Notes: generated from the letters alone by a model not told the origin. DNA of 64,000 nt from Squalus acanthias (GCA_030390025.1 CM059432.1:70744001-70808000), one strand, 5' to 3'. Shown: positions 1-12,255, numbered from the stretch's first letter. Translations and numbers: made by a program.

Positions 1-672
1 AAGTGAATGTGACCATAGAGAGAGGGGGAATGGGTAAGGGTGCAGGGATGTAAGTGTCAAGTGGGATGTGGAGGAAGAGGTTGGCAAAGCAGAGTGCTGG
101 TGAGGAGAGGCGATGGGGATCAGATTGAGGGTGATGGGAAAGTCATACTCACTTTTCCTGTGCGGAGAAGGTCATGAAACCTCCTCCTGCATTGCAGCCA
201 GGTTCTGCAGCTCATTGAAATGGAGTTGACCTCCTCGGCCACTTGCAGCCACACAGCTTTTGTCTGCTGGGGTGGCTTTTTTCTCCCTGAGGAAGGCAAC
301 AGCACCTCCTTATTACATCTGGCTCCGTGCACCAGAGCTTGGAGGGAGGGCTCATCAAACCGAGGTGCACACTTTTGCTTGATCATTGACATTGTCGGGA
401 AATCAACTCCTTCATACAATTTGCAGAGCCTTTGCAGTCTCCAGAAGAAGTCATGCTGCTTGCAGGTCTTAAATCCAGCAGCGTTGATGACGTCATTAGA
501 GGTGACTTTCTGTATGAAAAGACTCATTGGGCCAGGGGTTCCCACACGCAGGAAATCAATTGCCCAATTAGGGGAAAATCCCACTTTTTCAACACTTCAC
601 TTTGGAGTCGGGGTCCTGACACGATTTCCACCTGACACGCCCCAGCCCGCCCACACTGACAAAATCCAGCCC
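1..672 (-). mobile_element. PIF/Harbinger DNA transposon end, running off the window start, with Myb/SANT-like gene exon (~153-392)
   Basis: Terminus reads GGGCTGGATTTT on the minus strand from 672, with TAA outside it. The minus ORF contains APRFDEPSLQALV...WLQVAEEVN...RTWLQCRRRFHDL, typical of the Harbinger Myb/SANT protein, and is followed by a GTGAGT donor (GT at 152-151). Confidence 0.75.
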
Positions 673-1856
673 TAAGGATCAGTCTTGTGGTTTTTTTTCT
701 CCACTGCCTCTAGTGCATGAAAGACTTGTGTCTTGGTGACTAGAACTGGTCACTGTACACAGGGGCGCAGTTTGAACCAGCTATAATTTGTAGGCAGGAA
801 TTTTACATTTCCCACTTCTCTTAACACAGGTGATGAGAGCCAATTGCAATTGTTTCTGCTGGTGATAGTGTCACTTGTAATGGATAGAAGGCCCTCCTCA
901 TGAGTTCAGGGACCAACATTGGTTCCAGTAACACAAATTAACTATGTATGTGACTCATGATTTTTATGTCCCTGTAATGTCAATCCTCCCACTCCTGGGG
1001 AGGTTATGGAGAGATCTCAGTGAAATGGATGAAGTAGGACAAGAGTGAGACCCTTTCATTAGCAAATGTTTGTAATCCCAAACAGTTTGTGTAACTTGCC
1101 TTCAAGTACCCATATTTAAATATTTGGGGTTTCAAGCAGTGGCAAAAAATGTGGAATGCCGTCCCTTTCAACCTATGGACACAAGACAGAAACTATCAGG
1201 ATTACCATCAGCTCTTAAGTTAATTACTTGGTATCTATGCTTCCCAATGGGTTCCCACAAATCTTTAGGGCCTTGAATCGATTTTTTATTAGTTATTTAT
1301 GGGCAGTGAGGTAAGCAGGTTTCAATTTACCAATAATCTCCCGAATACTGGAGGAATATTTAGAGAAAGCGATTTTATGTTGATTGGGCTGAATTTTCTT
1401 ATACGTTACTGTCCAATCTTGGACAGTTTTAGAATGGCTGGAAGAGGAAAATGGGGTGGTGACATGTTCTGCCAAGTTCCTGTCTCTTACAATGCTGTAA
1501 ACACTTTCTTCCAAAAAGATGAGTGCTGGAAGAGGGTCAGCAGGATGAACTGGCAATCGAGGTCTACTACAGGAAGAATTTACACTGGAGAACCCTTTGT
1601 CAACTGCAAGACATCTACAGGCAGATATAATAACAGACACTTTTCCTGAGTTAACTGTGGCCACTGCAACAACAGTCATAGCTCCATGTTTCCCTTTCCA
1701 GAAAAGCTAAATCATTCAAAGAGAGAGACTTGGCTCTCATCTGCAACTTCCATGCCTATTATTTCTAATGATGTGGAGATGCCGGCGTTGGACTGGGGTG
1801 GACAAAAATGAGAAGTCGCACAATACCAGGTTATAGTCCAACAGATTTATTTAATT

Positions 1857-1894
1857 TTACAAGCTTTCGGAGCTATCGCTCCTTCGTCAGGTAA
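1857..1894 (-). ncRNA. Minimal type I hammerhead ribozyme motif (Penelope-associated)
   Basis: Reverse complement of the motif at 2303-2340. Confidence 0.75.
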
Positions 1895-2302
1895 GTTAGC
1901 AATGAGAGAATCTCCCAGAATTCACAATTTAAACCCAGACAAAATCTATTCACATTATTCGCTACAACAAAGAGCACAGCCAAGACAATGAGATGTGTCC
2001 CAGGGGGTCCAGCCAAGTTCCGCACTCATGAGGATGGCCTCAATCGCGATATCGGGTTCATGTCACGATACAGAACGTGACTTGACATCATGGCCGGTCT
2101 TCCCAGGTGTTTTTTTTTTGGTTTTTTTTAAAAACACAAGAACACAAATTGACAGGATATGCAGCCAGCAGGTGGTTTGACACGCTGGACCCCCTGGGAC
2201 ACATCTCATTGTCTTGGCTGTGCTCTTTGTTGTAGCGAATAATGTGAATAGATTTTGTCTGGGTTTAAATTGTGAATTCTGGGAGATTCTCTCATTGCTA
2301 AC

Positions 2303-2340
2303 TTACCTGACGAAGGAGCGATAGCTCCGAAAGCTTGTAA
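2303..2340 (+). ncRNA. Minimal type I hammerhead ribozyme motif (Penelope-associated)
   Basis: TTAC-CTGACGA-A-GGAGC(GATA)GCTCC-GAA-AGCT-T-GTAA: CUGANGA/GAAA core, stem I TTAC/GTAA, 5-bp stem II, palindromic stem III AGCT. Confidence 0.75.
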
Positions 2341-3572
2341 AATTAAATAAATCTGTTGGACTATAACCTGGTGTTGTGCGACTTCTTATTATTTCTAAAA
2401 CATTCTTCAAGCCATTCCCACAAGCAGGCAAGAAAAAGTCTGCACATATACCATCACTGCAAACAATTCTTTAATGAACAAATATCTGTGTGCCTTCCTA
2501 CTCTTTGGTTCCCCTTAGTGCCTACAACTGTGTGCCTTTTCATTCCAAATCTACTTTCTTTGTTGCTTTGTCAGTGGCAGGAGGATGATAATTTCTTCCA
2601 GGAGCCTTTGGGGCTTGAGGTCACCCTCACCTCAGGGCAGCTGAAGCCACAGAAAGAGCTATTGCAGGCTGTGTCATATCTTTGTTGAGAGGGCACTGGG
2701 TACTTTCTGCCACATGTGCAGGGATCTGAGCAAGCTGGCAGGAAAACACATACATAGTACTGTCTTGAGAGACAGCATTATCATGGAGCACACACCTGCC
2801 AGGTGACTAGTGTTAGGCCTTAGCTCCAGTTAGCCACTGAGCAGAGGGAAAGCTGCCCAAACAGTACAGATCAGATCTTTAAAGCTCTGAGAGACACATG
2901 ACTGTATTCCATCTCCAATTGCTTGTAGGTCAGAAGAGACAGCCCTCTCCACTCTATTACCCAAGATGTCTAAGCCAGTATTCACAGCTTTCATGCCAGA
3001 TGTTGTTGGTGTAGCCTGTGGCACAGCCCACTCTACAGAGCTCAATACACATCCATCATGGTTCCACCTGCAGCATATTCTGTGTCATGGGATAATGGAA
3101 ATGTACAAGACCAGAAGAAACTACTATGGCACATATAGTAGGTCCCACTGTCTGTAAGTATGTCTGATGCTCTACAAGCATACTTTTAATGCAGAACCCC
3201 GAATACCTAGTTCCTGAGCATCCTCAACTGAGGACAGACATCTGCCCCACCAATCAACAATGACTGCCTCCTGATCTTTCAGCCCCACCTCATCCTGGGC
3301 ACTCATGCTTTGTGTGTCATCCTGCGTGTCGCTAGGCTGGTACTTAGGAAAAACAGTGAATGGCAGCATGGGAAGAGGATCTAGGCAGCCCTGAAGTAGA
3401 GGAGCCAGATTTCTCTTGCTCCTCCTCTGCTTGTTGCTGTAGTAGCTGTGTAAGGAAACCCAAAAATAAATTGGGGCAGGGAGGTGGTTGTAGTGGTTAT
3501 AATACAAATTTTAAAAAGGTAAGAGAAAATAATGGGACTCATGATAGTCAAATCTCCAGGATCTGATGGTTT

Positions 3573-5093
3573 CCAACGACAACTTGTATTTATATAGCGC
3601 CTTTAACGTAGTAAATCATCCCAAGGTGCTTCACAGGAGTCTTACAAGACAAAAATTTGACACCTAGCCACATAAGGAGAAATTAGGGCAGATGACCAAA
3701 AGCTTGGTCAAAGAGGTAGGTTTTAAGGAGTGTCTTAAAGGAGGAAAGAGAGGTAGAGAGGCGGAGAGCTTTAGGGAGGGAATTCCAGAGCTTAGGGCCT
3801 AATCAGCTGACGGCACGGCCACCAATGGTTGAGTGATTATAATCAGGGATGCTCAAGAGGGCAGAATTAGAGGAGCACAGATATCTCGGGGGGTTGTGGG
3901 TCCGGAGGAGATTACAGAGATAGGGATGGGTGAGGCTATGGAGGGATTTGAAAACAATGATGAGAATTTTTAAAATCGAGGCGTTGCTTAACTGGGAGCC
4001 AATGCAGGTCAGCGAGCACAGGGGTGATGGGTGAACAGGACTTGGTGCGAGTTAGGACACGGGCAGCTGAGTTTTGGATGACCTCAAGTTTACGTAGTGT
4101 TACAAATTAGGGGTAACTAAAATGTATATGGTTAAACAAATGAAATTGTGACGTGAATAATACTGTGTTTAGATGATTGTATTAGAGCTTGAGATAAAGT
4201 GTCTTCTGACTAGTATTAGAGTAGCTGGATAGAGGCTTAAAATTTGCCTATGTTTTTGGTTCCCTGCAGATGTTATAACATTCCACACAGTGGCAGTCAC
4301 ATTTGACCTTGCTTCCCAGGCTAGCTGCCTGCTGTTTGTGTGCTAGGAAGGCTGCTGACTGTATCTTTAATTTGGCCAACCAAGGCCCAATGCCTATATT
4401 TCTCCCATTACCACTAATAACCATATTATAATGCTAAGTTAGGATTTTGACTCTGTTTAACTCAGATGTGTAAGTTAACCAGTGTGTGAGAATAGAATAG
4501 AGGATATCTTTGGGAATTTAATGATTCATTCCATGGTACAATAGTCCGATAATGGAATGAAATAGTTAGTTTGCACAGCTAGCTGCATGAACAGCTTTGA
4601 ACATAAATAACTGATAACAAGCAGCTACAAACAATCTGAAGACCGAGCCTGGTATATCTTAGAAGTTGTTAACGCCAAACTTGGGAGGACAGGGCCAGAT
4701 GAGATAAGGGGAAAACAGTCCTCAGCATATTCTACCCCAGGTCTATCCCTAAAAAGAGTATAAAAGAAAGACCTGAAAAGCCCCAGTGCAGGCGGTGGAG
4801 TGGAGAGCTCCCAAGAGTGGATCTATGCTGACTTTGGTCTAACACTCTTGGGCAGCTCAAGAAGAAAGACACACACGAGACGAGCAGAACTGTTCGCATA
4901 TGCCAGCCGTCTGTCAGATCAGAGCCGGTACTCGCTGCTTGTCACGGTCGTATGTTTTTGCTGTATGCCACCTTAAACTCCGATTAAACACAATATACCC
5001 ACCATATTGGTTGCAGTCGATCCTGATTATTCAAAAGACCAGAGATAAGTTAATTACAACAGTAGGGTTGAACATGGGAGGCCAGCCAAGAGT
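3573..5093 (-). mobile_element. L2 LINE 3' fragment, interrupted by a solo LTR
   Basis: L2-type tail (minus strand GTGAAGCACCTTGGGA...GCGCTATATAAATACAAGTTGT). Same family as 8774-9116. The sequence resumes after the LTR at 5066. Confidence 0.75.
4098..5061 (+). mobile_element. Solo LTR (964 bp)
   Basis: TGTT...AACA termini, 4-bp TSD GTAG at 4094-4097 and 5062-5065, TATAAAA near 4759, ATTAAA near 4983. 3' part is similar to the LTR at 22519-23512. Confidence 0.85.
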
Positions 5094-5099
5094 CACGCC

Positions 5100-6597
5100 A
5101 GAGTATTAAAAAATAAGTGAGGAAATTGCAGATGCATTAGTTATAATTTTCCAAAGCTCTGCAGATTCAAGAATTATGCCTTTGGATTGGAAAATTGCAA
5201 ATGTCTGCCCATTATTTAAGAGAGAGGGAGAAACCAGGTAACTGCAGACCCATCAATTTAACATCAGTTGTGGGGAAGTTACTGGAATCTATCAGCGAGA
5301 ATGACTGAGAACTTGGACAAGTATCAGCTGATCAAACAGTCTGCATGGATTTGTAAAGGGTAGGTTATGTCTGAATAATCTAATTGAATTTTTTGAGGAA
5401 GGCACTAGCATGGTGGATGGAGAGTGTCAATGGATGTCGTGGTCTTCCAGAATGCATTGGATTTGGTTCCACAAGAGATCAGCAAAAATGAAAGTGCACA
5501 GAATTGGAGGTAAATTTGTGACATGGGTCAGTAATTGGTTGGGAGAGTAGAGATAAATGGAATGTACTTTGATTGGCAGGCTGTGACAAGTGGTGTTCCC
5601 CAGAGATCAGTACTGGGTCCTCAGCTTTTCAACATATATAGTAGCGACTTGGATGAAAGAATAGAGCTGTATATCCAAGTTTGCAGCTACACTAAGTTAG
5701 GAGGCACAATAAGTCGTGTAGATGGGAGGAGAAAGTTACAATAGGACAAAGACAGACTAAGTGAGTGGGCAAAACTATGGCAGATGGAGTTCAATGTGAG
5801 CAAATAGGAGGTCATCCGCTTTGGATCAGAGAAAGATAAATCAGATTTTTGTTTTAAAAAACTAGGAGCTGTGGAGGAGAAAAGGGACTTGTGTGTCCAT
5901 GTACTCAAGTCATTAAAAGCTAGTTCTCAGGCACAGATTAATCAAAAAGGCTAATGGAATGTTGATCTTTATCTGAAGGGGGTTGGAATACAAAAGTGAG
6001 GAAGTGATGCTTCAGTTGTAGAGCCTTGGTCAGACCCCATCTGGAGAACTACATTCAGTTTTGAACACCAACACTCAAGAAGGATATATTGGCCTTGGAG
6101 GGGATACAGTGCAGATTCACCAGAATGATACCAGGTCTTAAAGGGTTAAAATGAGGACATTGTATAAACTCAATTTGTATCCCTTTGAGTTTAGAAGGTT
6201 GAGGGGGTGATCTAATTGAGGATTTTTAAAATGATAAGGGATTCAATAGGGTACATATGGAGAAACTATTTCCTCAGTTGGGAGAATCCAGAACAAGTGG
6301 GCAGAATCATAAATTAGAGCTAGGCCATTTAAGAATTAAATCAGGAAACACTTTTTCCACACAAAAGGGTAATGGAAATCAGGAATTCTCTCTCTCTCTC
6401 CACCTCCCCCCCCACCCACCACAAAGGCTGTGGATGCTGGGTCAATTAAAATTAAAAAAAGAGATCAATAGATTTTGTTGGGTAAGGGTATCAAGGGATA
6501 AGGAGCAAAGGCAGGTAAATTGAGTTGAGGTACAGATCAGCCATGATCGAATTGAATGGCTTGAGGGATTGAATGCCTGAATCCCATTCCTATGTTC
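5100..6597 (+). mobile_element. Decayed CR1 LINE, RT region to 3' end
   Basis: Frameshifted RT remnants (VTSGVPQRSVLGPQLF) and a CR1-type 3' tail (CAGCCATGATC...CCTATGTTC). Confidence 0.85.
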
Positions 6598-7328
6598 CCC
6601 AACATTAGTCCTCCAACCAGTACTTTTTTTTAAAACTCTAGTTCTATCCTGTTTTGACCTTGCTTAGTAATCTTTCATGTGGAACTTTATCAAATGCCTT
6701 TTGGAAGTCTAAATACAAATAAGGTTTACCAGTCAACATGGGTTGTCACTTCAAAGAAATCAAGGAGGTTGGTCGGGCAAGATCTTCCCATGTAAAGCCA
6801 TTTTGGCTGCTGTTTATTAGTAAGTTATTGTATAGATTCAACTTTACTCCTGATAATCAATTTCATTATTTTTACATAAATTGAAGACTAATAGGTCTGT
6901 AGTTATCGGTATTGACATTGCCAATATTGTCCCTTTCTATACTTTACTTTCCAAGGCCATAACTATTTCTTTAAGCTTACAGTTAGCACATCTAGCCACC
7001 TTTTAATGTGTCTGACTTTTTTGTTAATGAACATTCCACAACAAGGACACTCCAACTTAAAATCCCACCCCATCAGCTACAACCCATAGTTTGTTCCTCC
7101 CATTTGCTCCTTTTTAGATTTTACGGTTTACTGTGTTGCTTCTGACTCTTGGTTCCTCTAGGTGCCCTTTTTAATGTTGGCTTGCCCAAGTGGACTTCTT
7201 TTTAAACAAGCAGATCTCCCCTTCCCCATCCCCCTTAATTCAGGCCATCATCCATTTATACTGCATTCAGCCTTACTTAGGAGAGAAATAAATTTGTTTC
7301 TCTTTTCATCAGCACTACATGGAATCAA

Positions 7329-7595
7329 TACAAATAGGGTTTACCAGTCAACATGGTCGAGGGGGGTCATTCAGCCCGACTGCCTGCCTCTCTTCTGCGG
7401 CCACGTTCGCACCCGGGTGGCCCTGGAGATGGAGTATGCGGTGTCTGCCGGCATGCTTGAAACCTTCCGCGACCAGTGGGCACCGCAGGGACTGGAGTGC
7501 ATCATCACCCCCGCAACAAAATTTTAATTTAATTGTTAAGTTTTCTTTAATTTTTTTTAGTTAGTCTATTTGTTTATTGTTTTCCACCAAAAAGA
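7329..7595 (+). mobile_element. L1-Tx1 3' fragment
   Basis: ORF2 C-terminus GVIQPDCLPLF...LECIITP; ends in CCAAAAAGAG; degenerate TSD CTACAT(G/A)GA(A/C)TCA. Confidence 0.7.
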
Positions 7596-8773
7596 GCTAC
7601 ATAGACTCAAAGGGATTTACATGTATTTTAGCTTTTTTTTTTAATACTCATTGCAACCTTGAGCCCACAATTCATTCACCTCTACTCCGTAGTTTCTCCA
7701 AGGAGATAGCAGTCAAGGACATTTGACTATCTAGGATGAATGTGCTAATCAGAAGCATCAACCAGGACAGAAGTGCTGCCTCAGGACTCAAGGACTGATA
7801 GTGAGCACAGTAGGAGCACCTTTTAATTGGCATCAGAAGTGCATGTTTTGGCAAACAATTCTGACAAAGGCATCAGTAAAAGCTACCAGAATTGCAGCCT
7901 ACTTGCTTCAGAGGAAGTATCACACTAGTTCCTAGGGTCAAGCTTCGCAGGCACCTTCCACAGCAGACAAGAATTATAAATGATGCTTCATTGAATAAGG
8001 CATGCAATTCATCTTGACTACTGGTCATACAGCAGGCTTTGTATGACGGTTTCGGAATGTTTGTGCTCCTTCTGAGAGTTTGAAAATTAACTTTCCATGG
8101 AATTAATGAGTCAAGCGAAGCCATTTCTCCCCCATTGCACTTTCCTCTTTGAAGACATATCTGTTGCAAAGACAGTATAAACACAATTACAGGCAGTACT
8201 TATACAACCCTTCATATGAGGTCAGGTGTTGGTTAAAAAAATAGGTTAACCAATTCACAAAAAACCCACACTGTTGTATTGTAATAAACAAAGACTCGGG
8301 CCCCCAATATTTATAGGGAGGCAGCAAGGGAGAGGCAGAAACCCGGAGGTCCTGCCGAATTAAAGTCAGGACCTTTAAGTTTCCCACCCGGCAGCTGGCC
8401 TGCCTGAAAGCCAGCACTGGCCACAGCTGGGGACGGTTCCCAGCAACCAGGAAAGATCAAGGATTGGTGGGGCGGGGAGAAGTAGTAGTCACAGGGCAGT
8501 GTGCTCGGGATTGCATGTTTGGACAAGAGGGTCGGATGACCACAGCAGAAGATTTGCTCGAGGGTCCGGGGAGGAAGCACTCCTGCTTCTCCTGTCCCAC
8601 AAGCAGTACCCTGCATGATTCGACTGTTCCTGCTTCTTTTTAGCGGTTTGGTTTCCGGAGCCCTGGGAAACCTGGCCAGCCTGCATTAAATTTAAATGAG
8701 GCCCCCCAATTGCGCTGTGGGAGCCCAATTTAATTAACGAGGTGTTCTACCTCTTGCGAGTGGGATACTGAGA

Positions 8774-9116
8774 CAACAACAACAATTTATATAGCACCTT
8801 TAACGTAGTAAAACGTCCCAAAGCGCTGCACAGGAGTATTTTAAGACATAAAATGACACCGATCCACAGAAGGATAAATTAGGGCAGGTGACCAAAGAGG
8901 TAGGTTTTAAGGAGCGTCTTAAAAGGAGGAAAGAAAGAGAGGTAGTGAGGCGGAAAGGTTTGGGCAGAGGATTCCAGAGCTTAGGGCCTAGACAACAGAA
9001 GACACGGCCACCAATGGTTGAGCGATTATAAATCAGGGATCCTCAAGAGGACAGAATTAGAGGAGCGCAGATATGGGGGGCTGAAGGAGATTACAGAGAA
9101 AGGGAGGGGCGAGGCC
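8774..9116 (-). mobile_element. L2 LINE 3' fragment
   Basis: (CAA)n followed by TTTATATAGCACCTTTAACGTAGTAAAACGTCCC; homologous to 3573-3930. Confidence 0.75.
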
Positions 9117-9134
9117 TTTAACCCCTACAACGAT

Positions 9135-9545
9135 ATGGAGTGAGAGGTTGCAGCCCCTCTTCCATCATTTGAAGGAGCTGCTCCTTGATTGGCTGCACTT
9201 CAGTCCCACGCTCCTGATCTTTGGTCACCCAGTGCAGAGGGGAGCGGGCAGGCAGGTCAGGGGTCCTCCTCGTAGGACTGCTCCTGGACCTGGTCACGGT
9301 GGCCATCATCAACAGGACCAGGCAGCTGGTGGTCAAGGGGGTCATTCAGCCCGACTGCCTGCCTCTCTTCCATGGCCACATTCGCGCCCGGGTGGTCCTG
9401 GAGATGGAGTACCCTCCTGCACGCTTGAGGCCTTCTGCGACTGCTGGGCAGTGCAGGGACTGGAGTGCATCATCACCCCTGGTAACAAATTTTTAATTTA
9501 AGTTTCATTTGATGTATTTTTGTTTATTGATCACACAAAAAGAGC
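9135..9545 (+). mobile_element. L1-Tx1 3' fragment
   Basis: FSPTLLIFGHPV...DCLPLFHGHIRARV...LECIITPGNKFLI across frameshifts. 15-bp TSD AACC(C/T)CTACAACGAT at 9120-9134 and 9546-9560. Confidence 0.8.
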
Positions 9546-10226
9546 AACCTCTACAACGATTGGGGGGGGGGGGGGGTAACATTTCTCCCTCAGTTACTGA
9601 TCAAATTCACAGATACGAACCCACTCCCCCCAAGTTCCAGCTACCAGGACCCATGACTACAACTTGTGCTACGTGACTGGGGAGTTTTGATTTGGGGAAA
9701 TGTTGTGCTAGTCATGACCTACAGCTTCAGCTAGCCATTACATTTAAAGAAGTTTGCTATTCAGCAAACATCAAAAGCAGAATACTAACCTGGAATGAGC
9801 TTGGATTGAGTGGGCAACAGACATGCCATTCCCCTCCAATCGCGGTAGCAGTTCTTCAAACTGGATTACAAAGGGTCTATTTGACTTTCTGGACAACCTA
9901 GTTTATTTAAATACATTTCCATCTATGCTCAAAATTTACCTTATGCATGCTGTGACAGGGGCCAGGTAGTAAATTCAATAGTGCTAGCTGCACATAGGGC
10001 ACGAGTTACTAATCAAATGAGTAGTTCCAGTATAACTGCACTCCAGTATAACTGCACTCTTAACTAAAGCTGGAATAAAGGCAGACACATTTGAGGCAAT
10101 TGGAAAAATCCCTGCAAATAGTATGGACAGCAGGATGCCCTGCGGAAAGTGAAGGCACACTCCGACAGGGTAGATAGACTTGCTTTGCCGCCAGTGGGAT
10201 AGGACGCACTCGAATGTCGAATTAAT

Positions 10227-10958
10227 GGCCCAGAAATTGATCTCGCTCTGTTCCCGCGGGGGTAAGGCTTCCCCGCGATCTCTCACTCCGCGTGTGCTTT
10301 TTCAGATCCAGCTCGCACGAACTTGATGTTCCAGACATCAGCTGGGCAGTGCTTGCGTGTCCCACTGGCGTAGTGAATTCGTGCGAGCTGTGGGATCACG
10401 TGACTCAGTTAGAGCCAATGGCAGCACACCATCTTCCATTCATAAGTTTCACATACGTGCTGTGAAATCTATGAATCTTACACCCCCCCAAAATAACAGC
10501 TAAACCTCAATTAAATTTAAAAAAAAAATCACATTAATAAAATAAGTATAGTTAAATAAATTAACCATTTTAAATAAAAAATTAAATTTTTGAAAAAATT
10601 TAAAATCTTTTAAAGAGTTATAAAAATAAACTTACCTGTCTTTAAAGTCTCTAAAAAAAGATATACCGGTTAAAAAAAATTCAAAAAAATACTTAATTCA
10701 CTACTTACCTTGTTAAAAGTGGGTCTTACTCCTCCTTTTTCCATTTCTAAAATCTTCCGTCCTTACCTGCGCGTCCAAAGCACGAAGTGCACAGCGTGCG
10801 CGCAGCCTGTAGCGCGCACGCGATGCACCGAGGAACCGCCCCCTTTTCAAAAGACCAAGTGCCGGTTTTCAGCGCATGCGCAGGGCATGCAGAAAACCGG
10901 CAATTGGAGAGAGAATACGCAGTGCGTACTCTCGCGCAGCGGGATGAATTTTTGGCCC
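10227..10958. mobile_element. PIF/Harbinger-type MITE
   Basis: Imperfect 21-bp TIRs (GGCCCAGAAATTGATCTCGCT / GGGCCAAAAATTCATCCCGCT), 3-bp TSD AAT, CpG-rich ends and AT-rich core. Confidence 0.75.
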
Positions 10959-11082
10959 AATGGGTTTGCTAGTCCCTTCCTCCCCTCCAATTGCCGTAGT
11001 TCTACTAGAATAAAACACATAGAATGGGGACTTAAGACTTGAGTGGAATTTTTTTTTAAACCTTGAAATTTAAGCTTTTTCC

Positions 11083-11177
11083 TTTATTTAGACAATACCA
11101 GTTAGTTTTTTTGTTCAGAACAAGGTCTACAACATTAAAAAAAGGACCATAAGACTTTTTTTAATTAGATATGTACA
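11083..11177 (-). promoter_or_regulatory. MOS: MOS 3' UTR translational-control elements: Pumilio element, CPE and poly(A) hexamer
   Basis: Minus strand: TGTACATA 11177-11170, TTTTTTTAAT 11143-11134, AATAAA 11088-11083. Confidence 0.7.
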
Positions 11178-11203
11178 CATTTAAAAAATACATTAAGTTC
11201 ATG

Positions 11204-12202
11204 CTATAGCTGTGTCTCCAAGTTATTAATACTTTCCAATAATTTTTTTGCACTAGGCCTGTCGTTTGGTTCAACTTCCCAGCAGTGATCGATGACTGAT
11301 CGAATCTTCCGGCCCATTGAGGACTCATTGAAAATAGCTGAAAAAGACGGACGCCGGTTGTAAGCCACCACCGCATACATCACACACTGACGATCGCCCG
11401 AATAGGGCTGCTCTCTGCTCATCATCTGCCAGAGAGTAATCGCAAAAGCGTAAATATCCGCCTTTAAAGTAGCACTGCAACCTCTCAGCAGTTCAGGCGC
11501 CCGGTGGGTGTAGGTACCAGCAAGGTGGCGCAATTGGACATTGGGAGTCAAGTCATTACCGGTCGCCAGCTTGTGAGAACATCCGAAATCTCCAATTTTA
11601 CAGCGTCCCTCCTCCGTAATCAACACGTTGGCTGGTTTTAGATCCAGATGGACAATGCTGTGAGAGTGGAGGAAATTCAATCCGCTCACAATGTCACTTG
11701 AAAACTTTAAACAGTCTCCCATGTCCAACGGGTCTGCACAGTTATAAATCCTATGGTCCAGGCTTGTTCCTCCTGCATACTCCATGATGATCGTGCCCAC
11801 ACTATCCTCAACCTTCGGATCTGCGGGGACCGACGTGGTGGCTGCTACAACTTTCACAATATTCTCATGGATCAGGTGCGCGACGTTCAGCTCAGCCCAG
11901 AAACTCTGCCTAGCAGCCAATTTGTTCTTCGTGCATTTTCTCACTTTCTTTATTGCTACAGTTTTACCATAATAAGTGCCCTTATAAACCCACCCGAAAC
12001 CGCCTGAACCCAAAAGATCAAGCAGCTGTAGTTCATCCCAAATTACCGTGTACCAAGAGCGTCGCGGTGCCTTATACTGCTTTGTAAAAGAGAAGTGTTG
12101 AGCCGTTCCTTGGAGCTGGTTGGGGCTGCTACACGGCCTCAGCGTTATGGTAGGCGAAAATCCTTTCGGTAAAATGCGGTGAACTGGGATAGGTGACGGC
12201 AT
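11204..12202 (-). CDS. MOS: Proto-oncogene serine/threonine kinase Mos (single exon, 332 aa from MPSP)
   Basis: Intact intronless kinase with MPSPIP N-terminus, LRPCSSP, LGSGGFG, SFWAELNVA, HLDLKPAN, KIGDFGCS, GTYTHRAPELL, YAVVAYN. Lies downstream of PLAG1 on the same strand, as in mammals. Confidence 0.97.
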   Translation of the reverse strand: MPSPIPVHRILPKGFSPTITLRPCSSPNQLQGTAQHFSFTKQYKAPRRSWYTVIWDELQLLDLLGSGGFGWVYKGTYYGKTVAIKKVRKCTKNKLAARQSFWAELNVAHLIHENIVKVVAATTSVPADPKVEDSVGTIIMEYAGGTSLDHRIYNCADPLDMGDCLKFSSDIVSGLNFLHSHSIVHLDLKPANVLITEEGRCKIGDFGCSHKLATGNDLTPNVQLRHLAGTYTHRAPELLRGCSATLKADIYAFAITLWQMMSREQPYSGDRQCVMYAVVAYNRRPSFSAIFNESSMGRKIRSVIDHCWEVEPNDRPSAKKLLESINNLETQL

Positions 12203-12255
12203 TATTTCCCGCCCGGCATACACTAAACGAGTGAGAGGTGCTACATGCAGCATTT

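Larger units (their letters stand above)
1769..2386 (+). mobile_element. 5'-truncated Penelope-like element with inverted 5' copy of its 3' end
   Basis: 12-bp TSD TATTATTTCTAA at 1757-1768 and 2387-2398. Inverted arms of ~203 bp at 1811-2013 and 2184-2386. 2012-2080 encodes AKFRTHEDGLNRDIGFMSRYRT*, a GIY-YIG C-terminus with the GLN motif. Hammerhead motif in both arms. Confidence 0.9.

Noticed and set aside
1293..3566. Several 60-130 aa ORFs in non-repeat-looking sequence
   Set aside because: No recognisable motifs or exon structure; consistent with chance ORFs or very old transposon decay.
8298..8760. GC-rich MITE-like segment
   Set aside because: It resembles Harbinger-type MITE sequence, but I could not identify a matching TIR or TSD.
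11204..12253. ORF-track start for MOS (349 aa)
   Set aside because: The conserved MOS N-terminus is MPSP at 12202. The extra 17 codons are kept only as a possible isoform.
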